A DNA stretch of 64,000 bases from Fidelibacterota bacterium. Lineage in GTDB: Bacteria; Fidelibacterota; UBA2242; B5-G15. A model generated the notes under the pieces. The model saw nothing but the letters and a program-made list of their open reading frames with translations. It ran no database searches and was not told where the DNA came from. The position numbers and the translations under genes are program-made. The stretch covers positions 164,212-228,211 of the forward strand of contig JACDNV010000003.1 of the NCBI GenBank assembly GCA_017656425.1, in the 5' to 3' direction. Shown one piece after another: positions 44,259 to 53,927 of the stretch (its first letter is position 1; every line of letters starts with the position of its first letter).

Positions 44259-46421
44259 TTAAAATATAATTTTATCCTCTATATTACTTTCCCTTATTTT
44301 GCCGTGAATGGGACATGTTTCTTTTGGCTCAGTCCCTTTTATAAAAATTTCAGTTTCAACTGGACAATATGGTGTAGCAAGTAGTTTCGTCTCTTTACAT
44401 ATCTTAACTTCAATTACGTTCTCGGGTCTTTGGAACTCTCTTGGATACCATCCCATTTCTTTATGCACGATTTTCATAAACTTTGCCCAGATTGGCAATG
44501 CAGCGACAGCGCCGGACTGCCTGTGACCAAGGGAAACAGAAGGATTATCGATACCAACCCATACGCCAGCTGTTAAGTAAGGCGTAAAGCCTACAAGCCA
44601 TGCATCGGAGAAATTATTTGTAGTACCAGTCTTAGCACCACCAGGATGCTTGAAACCAAAAATTCTTCTGGCATTTTTTGCAGTCCCTTCGTTTAATACT
44701 GACTCAAGAAGGCTTATCATAACATAGGCTACCTCCTTGCTAAATACAAAGTCCTTAACGGGTTTATGTTCATATATAATATTTCCATATCTATCAACAA
44801 TCTTCTCAATAGCATAAGGTTTGTTCCAGATACCGTAATTAGCAAAAATACCATAAGCACTCGTTATTTCAATCGGTTTTACAGAGGCAGCACCAAGGGC
44901 TATAGCATCAACAGCAGGGATGTACGTTGTTAGATGCATTCTTCTTGCAGTTTCAACTACTGATTTTGGCTGTATTAGTTCCTGGACAATTCTAACTGTA
45001 ACAAGATTCAATGATCTTTTTAAAGCTTCACGTAATGTTGTAGGTCCTCCTGTAGCCAGGTCATAATTTTTTGGAGCCCATCTCGTTCCATCCTCCATTT
45101 CTACAACAACGGGTTGATTCAGTAGTTGAGTAGTTACAGGGAAACCATTGTCAATAGCAGTTACATACACTATAGGTTTAAAAACAGACCCTGGCTGCCT
45201 TTTTGCCTGCACAGCTCGATTGAATTGTGACTCTCTAAAATTTCGCCCGCCGATCATAGCCAGTATTCGACCTGTTTTATGATCAATAGCCGTAAGTGCA
45301 CATTGGACTGTTAGATACGACTGAAGCGTAGAATCCATAGGAATCTCACCTTTTACCATAGCAACAATCTTTTCAGGAGTAATAGTAGAATCCGGAATTA
45401 ATTTAATTATGGATTCAGGATCACTAATAATCTGTTTATTTAAAACTGATTGTTGCCATTTTAAATGCTCTAAAGTAACAGAATCAGCGATTTCTTGTAT
45501 CCTTGTATCTAATGTGGTATATATAGATAAGCCATCTCTGTATATATCAAATTTATACTTTTTCGCAATACTATTTAATTGCTGTCGCACAAATTCCACG
45601 AAATAAGGAGCAATTTTAGCAGGAGGCTCAGGTTTTTGAATAAATAACGGGGTATTTTTATAAATTGCAAAATCTTCATCGGAAATAAATCCATTTTCTC
45701 TCATAAGAGCAAGTACTACATTCCTCCTCCTAAAAGCATTTTCTGGATGTAAAATAGGTGAATATATATAAGAATTTCTGATAAGACCAGCCAGTAGAGC
45801 ACTTTCATCAACAGTCAATTTATCACAATTTTTATCAAAATATCGCTTGCTCGCTGCCTGAACCCCATATACACCATGTCCGAACCATGTTGAATTCAAG
45901 TACATCTCAAGTATTTCGTCTTTCGAATACCTTTTCTCTATTTCAATAGCTGTAAGTAACTCTTTTATTTTCCTCACTACTGTCTTCTCATATCCAATAT
46001 TTTCATATAAAATTCTCGCAAGCTGCTGAGAAATAGTACTTGCCCCCTGCTTTTTACTTAATGTGGCTATGTCTATAATCACCGCTCTTAAAAAATCTCT
46101 TAGGCTAAATCCCCAGTGTTTATAAAATCTTGTGTCTTCAACAGATATAACTGCTTTCCTCATATGAATGGGTATTTTCTCTATAGGAACATATACTCTC
46201 CTTTGAACAAATAACTCTTGCAATATCTTGCCGTCAGCAGAATAAATTCTTGTTACAAGTTCTGGATTAATATTTTGAAGCTGTTCCGGAGAAGGTAAAT
46301 CCTGCGAAAAGTACGCAATTACACCAAGTAGTATCCCACTACCAATAATGTATATGATTATTACCCAGAAAAATGCCTCTATCCAGCTAATCTGTCTTAC
46401 ATATTTGCTCTTTCTGCCCAT
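44259..46421 (-). CDS. mrcA: Class A penicillin-binding protein (PBP1A: transglycosylase plus transpeptidase).
   Basis: GT51 motifs (EDTRFYKHWGF) and transpeptidase SxxK (GSVFKP). The ORF track starts at TTG 46460. The ATG at 46421 precedes the N-terminal TM anchor. Confidence 0.85.
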   Translation of the reverse strand: MGRKSKYVRQISWIEAFFWVIIIYIIGSGILLGVIAYFSQDLPSPEQLQNINPELVTRIYSADGKILQELFVQRRVYVPIEKIPIHMRKAVISVEDTRFYKHWGFSLRDFLRAVIIDIATLSKKQGASTISQQLARILYENIGYEKTVVRKIKELLTAIEIEKRYSKDEILEMYLNSTWFGHGVYGVQAASKRYFDKNCDKLTVDESALLAGLIRNSYIYSPILHPENAFRRRNVVLALMRENGFISDEDFAIYKNTPLFIQKPEPPAKIAPYFVEFVRQQLNSIAKKYKFDIYRDGLSIYTTLDTRIQEIADSVTLEHLKWQQSVLNKQIISDPESIIKLIPDSTITPEKIVAMVKGEIPMDSTLQSYLTVQCALTAIDHKTGRILAMIGGRNFRESQFNRAVQAKRQPGSVFKPIVYVTAIDNGFPVTTQLLNQPVVVEMEDGTRWAPKNYDLATGGPTTLREALKRSLNLVTVRIVQELIQPKSVVETARRMHLTTYIPAVDAIALGAASVKPIEITSAYGIFANYGIWNKPYAIEKIVDRYGNIIYEHKPVKDFVFSKEVAYVMISLLESVLNEGTAKNARRIFGFKHPGGAKTGTTNNFSDAWLVGFTPYLTAGVWVGIDNPSVSLGHRQSGAVAALPIWAKFMKIVHKEMGWYPREFQRPENVIEVKICKETKLLATPYCPVETEIFIKGTEPKETCPIHGKIRESNIEDKIIF

Positions 46422-46578
46422 TCTGACACATTCCAAATTTTGACAATGGGAAAATATCAAAAATAAAACTCATATTCAAAAGGAATGTTCTAAAATGGGT
46501 TCGATTTATTCAGAAACAATTTTTTCCTTAAACCAATTAAAAGACTATTATTTATCAAATCCAGCTAATAGATAGATT

Positions 46579-47313
46579 TTACCTCATATTTCTTATCCTG
46601 ACTTCTATTCTTTTTTCATCCTTTAATAAATCCAAAAGCTTTTGAGGATCGGTATCACCGTAATGATAGGGATATAAAATTTTAGGCTTAAAAGATTTCG
46701 CCGCATCGGCAACCATCTCGGGTGTCATAGTGTAAGGAAGATTCATCGGAAGAAAAGCGATGTAAATATTTTTTAGGACCTTCATTTCAGGAATATTCTC
46801 AGTATCACCCGCTATGTACACCCTTTTATCACCTATATTCAAAACATATCCATTTCCTTCACCCTTTGGATGAAAGGGTTCGCCATTGTCTCTTTTATTA
46901 ACAATATTATATGCTGGAACTGCTTCAATTTTAATTCCTGATACCTCTATCCTATCTCCGTTATGAAGCACCTTGCCGCCTTCCAGTACCTTCGAACATT
47001 TTTTTGTATAAATAATTACTGTATTTTCTTTCTGTATCTTCTTTATAGCCTCTACATCAAAATGATCACTATGATGATGGGTAATTAGAATAATATCAGC
47101 ATCTGGCAGCTTATTATAATCGTATAGCCTGCCAAATGGATCAATATGAATTACCATATCATTAATTTCGAACATCAACGTACCATGCCCTATAAAATGG
47201 ATCTTCAGAACACCGATAGACGTTTTAATTACGTCTATTTGACATTTCTCTTTCCCAAGAATAATTCCATATAAACAAATAAAAAATATTAAGGAATAAA
47301 TTAATGTTTTCAT
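46579..47313 (-). CDS. MBL-fold metallo-hydrolase with a signal peptide.
   Basis: HHHSDH metal-binding motif. N-terminal signal peptide. Confidence 0.6.
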   Translation of the reverse strand: MKTLIYSLIFFICLYGIILGKEKCQIDVIKTSIGVLKIHFIGHGTLMFEINDMVIHIDPFGRLYDYNKLPDADIILITHHHSDHFDVEAIKKIQKENTVIIYTKKCSKVLEGGKVLHNGDRIEVSGIKIEAVPAYNIVNKRDNGEPFHPKGEGNGYVLNIGDKRVYIAGDTENIPEMKVLKNIYIAFLPMNLPYTMTPEMVADAAKSFKPKILYPYHYGDTDPQKLLDLLKDEKRIEVRIRNMR

Positions 47314-47326
47314 TTATCCTCCTGAA

Positions 47327-47962
47327 TTATCTACTCAGGGAAAAATTGATAGCAATTATATCACTACTCCTCCACAAATCGTTTCTCTTTTTTGACTCAA
47401 GAACATATATCAATGCTAAACCGATCCTTTTGGCAGGATAAAAACCTATACCTACATAAACCCTATTTCTATTAAAATCTTGGACATCGCTTTCATAAAA
47501 TAGTTCATAAGCAATGAATGGTTTCAAGGAAAATTCTATATATACGGGGAAATTCACCCTTAGTTGAGTTCTATTTCTTAATAGTTTCTCATCACTTTTG
47601 ATCCTTCGAACAATTTTATCCCTTACTTCCACACTCATTTTACCAAAATTATATTTGCCCTTTATATATAAATATGGTCTGTATTCTGTAATCCAGTTTG
47701 AATTTTTTATCTCAAACACCTGACGGTAATAAGGTCCAATAGATAAAAAATTATTCACCTTAAAATCAAATCCATAATCGTAGTGGGAATAAAAATACCC
47801 TCCCAGCCTATCATCATACCTATTTTCCAATGACACACTCAGATTCAACCTTTCTTTAAGATTTAATTTTAATGCATATTGGTTCCATATAATTTCTACT
47901 GAAAAAACATTACCGGCAAAAATAACCAATATTGCCAGAATAATAATCACCCTATTTCTCAT
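47327..47962 (-). CDS. Hypothetical secreted or outer-membrane protein.
   Basis: 211 aa with a signal peptide. Y/F-rich beta-strand pattern. Confidence 0.3.
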   Translation of the reverse strand: MRNRVIIILAILVIFAGNVFSVEIIWNQYALKLNLKERLNLSVSLENRYDDRLGGYFYSHYDYGFDFKVNNFLSIGPYYRQVFEIKNSNWITEYRPYLYIKGKYNFGKMSVEVRDKIVRRIKSDEKLLRNRTQLRVNFPVYIEFSLKPFIAYELFYESDVQDFNRNRVYVGIGFYPAKRIGLALIYVLESKKRNDLWRSSDIIAINFSLSR

Positions 47963-48096
47963 ACTGCTCCTCCATTTTTCAGAATTTGATTTTATTCACA
48001 CAAAAGACAAAATTCAATAGATCCACTGGTAAGTAAAAGGTTCCTCAATAACAATTTTATTAGGTTTTGCAAGAGAACAAACTCTTCAAAAATTCC

Positions 48097-49287
48097 CTAA
48101 AAAGCTAATCTTTTAAACTTCGGATGTTTCTGCATTTCACTCAACACTTCTAAGGGAGAAATCCCATCGTAAAATACATAATTTTTAACTCTATCTCTTA
48201 TCTCTTTATTTAAATCCTTAACAAGATTTCTTTCAATAATTTCAGAAACATTGTTTACATTCCTAACGGAAATTACGTCTCCACACTGATAGGACCAATA
48301 AGTGTTAGTTACATCATTAAAAGATATCCTTTGAGGACATTCATCATTGTGATCAAGAAAAATAGACGGCTTATCAAAGTACAAGTAATCATAAAAGGCA
48401 GATGTCCTATCGGTTATCAGTAAATCAGAAATGTCCATGTATGGGAGATAATCACCGCCTAAAACATCTAGGTAATATCTTATTCGTGATTTTTTTAAAG
48501 ATAAAAGAAGCTCGTCCAACAATTCTTTTTCATAGATTATATTAGGGTGCAGTTTCAATATATAATTATAATCCTCTGGCAAAACTCCCAACTTTAACAT
48601 TTTTATAAAAAAAGGGATAGAGCTATACGTTGGATTTTTTCTGGCTGGATCATAGGAAAATGTTGGCATATAGAGAATAATCTTTTTTGTTAAATCAAAA
48701 GAGGCAAATCTTTCAATGATTTTACTTGTATCTGGTTTATTTTTCATATAATGTTGTACCCTTATATTTCCCGAAAGTATCACCTGAATCTCACTACCAT
48801 TAGGTGTCTTTAAAAACAAGGAACGACTATATAATCTCTTATCTTTTGGAATCTTCATCACTGTATAAAAAATGTCTAGATCTTTCCTGCCGTTATAAAC
48901 TGTTATGTCCCACATAAAATTGGTTGAGATATAACCTCTGTCGGTAAATTTACCCTGAACTCCATGGTTTATGAATCCAATCACCACTTTTCTATTTATT
49001 TTTGGTCTGATTTTCTCTTCGAATAAAACATAAGCATTTGAATGTAAAAGGAAACTGGCCTGGTTTAAGTAGTTTATCAATTCCTCGCTATCGTAGGAAA
49101 ATGTGATAAAGTTTATATTAGGGAATTCTTTTTTAACAATCTCAATATATTTTGTATTTCCGTTTATCACAAAGCATAACTTATCTTTTGTAGTTTCAAT
49201 GTATGGAATTAAATAGTAAAGATGATGGTGGCTCGAACCAACTATAAAAAACCTATATAAAATTTGATTCTTTTTTGAATGATTCAT
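48097..49287 (-). CDS. CDP-glycerol glycerophosphotransferase family protein (TagB/TagF-like).
   Basis: 396 aa. The C-terminal motif DLLITDRTSAFYDYLYFDKPSIFL resembles the TagF-family LITDYSS..FD....KPIIF. Confidence 0.55.
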   Translation of the reverse strand: MNHSKKNQILYRFFIVGSSHHHLYYLIPYIETTKDKLCFVINGNTKYIEIVKKEFPNINFITFSYDSEELINYLNQASFLLHSNAYVLFEEKIRPKINRKVVIGFINHGVQGKFTDRGYISTNFMWDITVYNGRKDLDIFYTVMKIPKDKRLYSRSLFLKTPNGSEIQVILSGNIRVQHYMKNKPDTSKIIERFASFDLTKKIILYMPTFSYDPARKNPTYSSIPFFIKMLKLGVLPEDYNYILKLHPNIIYEKELLDELLLSLKKSRIRYYLDVLGGDYLPYMDISDLLITDRTSAFYDYLYFDKPSIFLDHNDECPQRISFNDVTNTYWSYQCGDVISVRNVNNVSEIIERNLVKDLNKEIRDRVKNYVFYDGISPLEVLSEMQKHPKFKRLAF

Positions 49288-49303
49288 AACTCAAAATATA
49301 ATT

Positions 49304-49648
49304 TTAAATATCCAATACAGGCCGCATCGATTTTACTTTTTCAATATCCTTAAGGACTCTTTCATCATCTGACAGATAAATTCTTATCATATCAAGCAAT
49401 TTATTTATGAACTCATCCTCACTTAATGAAAATATTATGTACCTACCATATTTTTTCTGTACAACTATCCCTGCTTCAGACAATATTTTTAAATGATTTG
49501 ATAATGTTGAAAGAACAATATTATCCAGAATAGATGAAATTTCGCAAAGACACATCGATCTTTCTTTTAATATAATACAGACCCTAAGCCTATTAAAATC
49601 TGAAATTGCTTTTAATATCTTACTTATAGTGACAATATTTTTCATCAT
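49304..49648 (-). CDS. ArsR/SmtB-family transcriptional regulator.
   Basis: 114 aa. The winged HTH pattern ...AISDFNRLRVCIIL...CLCEISSIL...STLSNHLKILSEAGIV is typical of ArsR. Confidence 0.55.
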   Translation of the reverse strand: MMKNIVTISKILKAISDFNRLRVCIILKERSMCLCEISSILDNIVLSTLSNHLKILSEAGIVVQKKYGRYIIFSLSEDEFINKLLDMIRIYLSDDERVLKDIEKVKSMRPVLDI

Positions 49649-50055
49649 CTAATAATAACATAAAATCAGGTATTTGTAAAGGATTTTGAATTAAATTATT
49701 TAATTACTCAATATTTTTTAATCTAAATTCAGAACAAGTTGCCTGAAAAAATAGCATTTGATACTTTGCTGATATAAATAAAAAATTTATCAGCAACACT
49801 ACTCTCCATTTGTATGAGCTCTCTGAGGGAAAGTAGTATATATAATATTATCAATTTTATAATACACAAATCCTGAAAGTTCATGAAAAAAATTTTAGCA
49901 ATAATTTTAATATATATTTCTTTAAGTAGCTGACTATGGGCGTTACGAGTTTTAATCATATAGGATTTACATCGCGATAGTTACTATCATACGAAGGATC
50001 ACTATGAAAAATGGATGTTTTTCGCTGGGAATGGCCGGAAAATTCTTGTGAAAAC

Positions 50056-50084
50056 TTGACAAATGTTCAGGATATATATAAATT
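50056..50084 (+). promoter_or_regulatory. Putative sigma70-like promoter upstream of rplU-rpmA.
   Basis: TTGACA at 50056-50061 followed by an A/T-rich -10 candidate (TATAAA/TAAATT) 15-17 nt downstream. GGAGA SD before the ATG at 50112. Confidence 0.35.
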
Positions 50085-50111
50085 CGAAGCCTGAAAAATT
50101 GAGAAGGAGAT

Positions 50112-50522
50112 ATGGAAAGAAAAACATATGCAATAGCTGAAATAGCTGGAAAACAGGTAATATTAGAACAAAATAAAGATTTAACAGTTCCCAAATTAGA
50201 CCTGGAGCCAGGAAATAAATTGATAATAGACAAAATACTATATTATAAAAATGATGAAACAATAGAAATTGGTACTCCGTATATTGAGGGAATGAAATTT
50301 GAAGCAATTGTAAAAGAGCATTTTAGAGACAACAAAGTGATAGTATTTAAAAAGAAAAGAAGAAAAGGATACAAGGTAAAAAAGGGACATCGCCAGGAAT
50401 ATACAATAATACATATAGACAAACTTGAATCATCACCTATAACTAAAAAGCAAACAACAAAACAAAAGGTTCAAACTTCAAAAGTAAAAGATTCTAAAGA
50501 GGAGACTAGCAATGGCACATAA
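50112..50522 (+). CDS. rplU: 50S ribosomal protein L21 with a C-terminal K/T-rich extension.
   Basis: [19 protein letters not shown]...[21 protein letters not shown] is the L21 core (about 105 aa). About 30 extra residues follow. Confidence 0.85.
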   Translation: MERKTYAIAEIAGKQVILEQNKDLTVPKLDLEPGNKLIIDKILYYKNDETIEIGTPYIEGMKFEAIVKEHFRDNKVIVFKKKRRKGYKVKKGHRQEYTIIHIDKLESSPITKKQTTKQKVQTSKVKDSKEETSNGT

Positions 50523-50766
50523 AAAAGGAGTAGGTAGCTCCAAAAATGGGCGTGAAAGCCACTCGAAACGATTGGGGGTAAAACGCTTTGGGAGTCAATA
50601 CGTCACTGCAGGAACAATCCTTGTACGTCAGCGAGGGACGAAGTTTCATCCAGGTAAAAACGTTGGAAAAGGTGGCGACGATACACTATTCGCTCTGACC
50701 AATGGAATTGTCCAGTTTGAGAAGAAAAACAAAAATAAAAGATTTATTCACGTCATTCCAAATTAA
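50512..50766 (+). CDS. rpmA: 50S ribosomal protein L27.
   Basis: [27 protein letters not shown]... Confidence 0.9.
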   Translation: MAHKKGVGSSKNGRESHSKRLGVKRFGSQYVTAGTILVRQRGTKFHPGKNVGKGGDDTLFALTNGIVQFEKKNKNKRFIHVIPN

Positions 50767-50909
50767 CCATATATAACTCTGAACAAGATTTTACTTATCA
50801 ATTAAAGACTAAATAATCTAGCTTTACTGGTTTCCGTGTAGTTGCACCTTATGAAATTAATATATTTTATTCTGAATATTTTCTAATTAATAAAAAATTT
50901 TCTGTCCCA

Positions 50910-51170
<261 letters not shown>

Positions 51171-51249
51171 TTATTTTTCAATATTTAACTATTTTAACTT
51201 AGATTATCAAACTGTAGTAGCGGAGTTTTTTTAAAACGAGGAATTAATA

Positions 51250-52521
51250 ATGCAGGAAAATCAAAAAGGTCCCAGATATGATTTGAATAATCCGATTTAC
51301 CGATGGCTAATACTAATAATGCTAAGCTTTGCTATGTTCGGTAATTATTATGTGTACGATTCCATTAGTCCTTTAGCTGACTTACTAAAAAAACAGCTGG
51401 GTTTTACAGACAGAAACATTGGTCTTCTTAACATGGTCTACAGCCTTCCCAATATAATTTTTGTACTAATAGGAGGTATGATAATAGACTATCTTGGCAC
51501 ACGTAAATCAGCTTTGATTTTTTCTATTACATGTATGATGGGAAGTCTACTCACAACTTTCAGTGGCGGAAATTTAACAGTAATGGCTACAGGAAGACTT
51601 ATTTTTGGTCTCGGAGCAGAAACTCTAATCGTAACTATTACAACAATTCTTGCAAAATGGTTCAAAGGAAAGGAACTCTCTTTTGCATTTGGCTTAAACC
51701 TAACTATAGCAAGACTGGGTAGCTTTGCAGCATTGAATTCTCCTACCTGGGCAAAATCCCTCTACAACACCTGGAAAGGACCCTTAATTATCTCTACAGC
51801 CGGAGCTGGTTTATCTGTTCTGGCACTTATTTTATATGTTCTAATGGAAATAAGTACACAGCGGAAGTTCCAGCTAGGACCAGAACCAAAACAGGACAAG
51901 ATTGATTTTAGGAGTATAGCATCCTTCGGGCGACCGTATTGGTACATCACAATTCTATGTGTAACATTCTACTCTGGCATTTTCCCTTTTCAAACTTTTG
52001 CAATAAAATTTTTTATTGAACACCACCATCTATCCCGTCAGGTTGCAGGCTTTGCCTCCAGTGTAATCACACTAGCCGCAATGATCGGTACTCCTATATT
52101 TGGCTTGTATATTGATAAGTTTGGAAAAAGAGCGTCTGTGATGATAATAGGTTCATTACTCATCATACCCGTTTACTTATTACTCGTTCATACAAAAATA
52201 CATCCAATTTTCTTAACATTCATAATGGGCATAGCATTTTCACTTGTACCCGCTGCCATGTGGCCATCAGTAGCATTAATTGTGAAACAGCAAAATCTTG
52301 GTACGGCTTACGGTCTAATGACAATGATTCAAAATATAGGACTTACTGCTTTCAATTACATTATTGGTTTGGCGAACGATATAAGTACATCTGATGGGGT
52401 TACAGATTATAGACTTGGAATGTATATATTTTCAATAACTGGTATTACTGCACTTATTTTTGCATTCCTCCTAAGAGCTGAAAAAACGGCTAAGGAAGTA
52501 CTTGAAAAATCTCGTATGTAG
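51250..52521 (+). CDS. MFS transporter.
   Basis: 423 aa with 12 predicted TM helices. MFS loop motif context (GGMIIDYLGTRKS). Confidence 0.75.
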   Translation: MQENQKGPRYDLNNPIYRWLILIMLSFAMFGNYYVYDSISPLADLLKKQLGFTDRNIGLLNMVYSLPNIIFVLIGGMIIDYLGTRKSALIFSITCMMGSLLTTFSGGNLTVMATGRLIFGLGAETLIVTITTILAKWFKGKELSFAFGLNLTIARLGSFAALNSPTWAKSLYNTWKGPLIISTAGAGLSVLALILYVLMEISTQRKFQLGPEPKQDKIDFRSIASFGRPYWYITILCVTFYSGIFPFQTFAIKFFIEHHHLSRQVAGFASSVITLAAMIGTPIFGLYIDKFGKRASVMIIGSLLIIPVYLLLVHTKIHPIFLTFIMGIAFSLVPAAMWPSVALIVKQQNLGTAYGLMTMIQNIGLTAFNYIIGLANDISTSDGVTDYRLGMYIFSITGITALIFAFLLRAEKTAKEVLEKSRM

Positions 52522-52592
52522 AACATTAGAAAAAGAAATTATTATAATCACTGTATTTAGAATTTGAATATGAGAAACTATTAAAATAGCCT

Positions 52593-53927
52593 ATGGACCT
52601 TTTTAAAAAAGAAAATTCAAATCAAGAACTCCTGCCTCCACTTGCAGAACGCGTTAGACCTACAACATTAGAAGATTTCATAGGGCAGGAGCATATAGCT
52701 GGTGAAGATAAAATATTATCTAAAGCACTTAAAAGTGGTAATATTTTTTCTATGATACTATGGGGACCACCTGGCTCTGGCAAGACAACACTTGCAAAAA
52801 TTATAGCTAAAAATATAAAAGCAAAACTATACGAAATAAGTGCTGTATCAAGTGGGGTAAATGAAATTAGGAAGATTATCGAAAATGCCAAATATAATAG
52901 ATCACACGGGTTTAGAACCATACTTTTTATTGATGAAATTCACAGATTCAACAAAGCGCAACAGGACGCATTGTTACATGCGGTTGAAGAGGGTAAAATA
53001 ATATTAATTGGTGCTACAACTGAAAATCCATCATTTGAAGTAATACCGCCTTTGATTTCGCGGTGCAGAGTGCTAAAACTAAACCCTCTCAGCATAGAGA
53101 ATCTGGAAAAAATATTTTACAACGCCATAAGTAAAGATATAATTTTGAGCAAATATAAAATTGATATAAGCAAGGAAAATCTCAAATTCCTATTAATAAA
53201 TTCAACCGGAGATGCGAGAAAACTACTGAACATTATTGAAACTGTGTATTTTTTGATCAATCCTGGAGGTTCCAAAAGTTTTGAAATCACAAAAGAATTA
53301 ATAGTCGAGGCTCTTCAGCAAAGAAAAACATTATATGACAAGAAAGGTGATTATCACTACGATACAATATCTGCATTTATCAAAAGCATTAGAGGTAGCG
53401 ATCCTGATGCTGCTATATACTGGCTTGCAGTTATGCTGGAAGGAGGGGAAGATGTTTTATTTATTGCTCGCAGACTTATTATTTTAGCAAGTGAAGATAT
53501 AGGGAACGCTGACCCAAATGCTTTAAATGTGGCTGTATCGGGGTACAATGCCGTTCATTTCATTGGAATGCCAGAAGCGGCTATTGTACTGGCTCAAGTA
53601 ACTACATACCTGGCATCTGCACCAAAAAGCAATGCATCATACCTTGCAATCAATAGGGCTATTGAAGATGTAAAAAAAAGTGACATGCCAAATGTACCTC
53701 TACACCTGAGGAACGCACCTACAAATCTCATGAAGTCCCTTGGATATGGCATTAACTATAAATATCCCCATGACTATGGCGGACATTTTGTAAAGGAAAA
53801 TTACTTCCCAGAGAATACTGAACCTAAAAACTACTATCAACCATCAGAAGAGGGATATGAAAAGTTTATCAAAGAGAGACTATTAAAACTCTGGCCTGAT
53901 AGATCCACAAAAAATGAAAAAAAATAA
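52593..53927 (+). CDS. rarA: Replication-associated recombination protein A (RarA/MgsA AAA+ ATPase).
   Basis: Walker A GPPGSGKTT, Walker B LFIDEIHRFNK and the MgsA C-terminal helical domain. Confidence 0.85.
   Translation: MDLFKKENSNQELLPPLAERVRPTTLEDFIGQEHIAGEDKILSKALKSGNIFSMILWGPPGSGKTTLAKIIAKNIKAKLYEISAVSSGVNEIRKIIENAKYNRSHGFRTILFIDEIHRFNKAQQDALLHAVEEGKIILIGATTENPSFEVIPPLISRCRVLKLNPLSIENLEKIFYNAISKDIILSKYKIDISKENLKFLLINSTGDARKLLNIIETVYFLINPGGSKSFEITKELIVEALQQRKTLYDKKGDYHYDTISAFIKSIRGSDPDAAIYWLAVMLEGGEDVLFIARRLIILASEDIGNADPNALNVAVSGYNAVHFIGMPEAAIVLAQVTTYLASAPKSNASYLAINRAIEDVKKSDMPNVPLHLRNAPTNLMKSLGYGINYKYPHDYGGHFVKENYFPENTEPKNYYQPSEEGYEKFIKERLLKLWPDRSTKNEKK

Noticed and set aside
50767-50909. 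Looked for a rho-independent terminator between the convergent rpmA and ferredoxin genes.
   Set aside because: No GC-rich hairpin followed by a T-run was apparent. Only weak partial complementarity was seen (gtgtagttgcacc).
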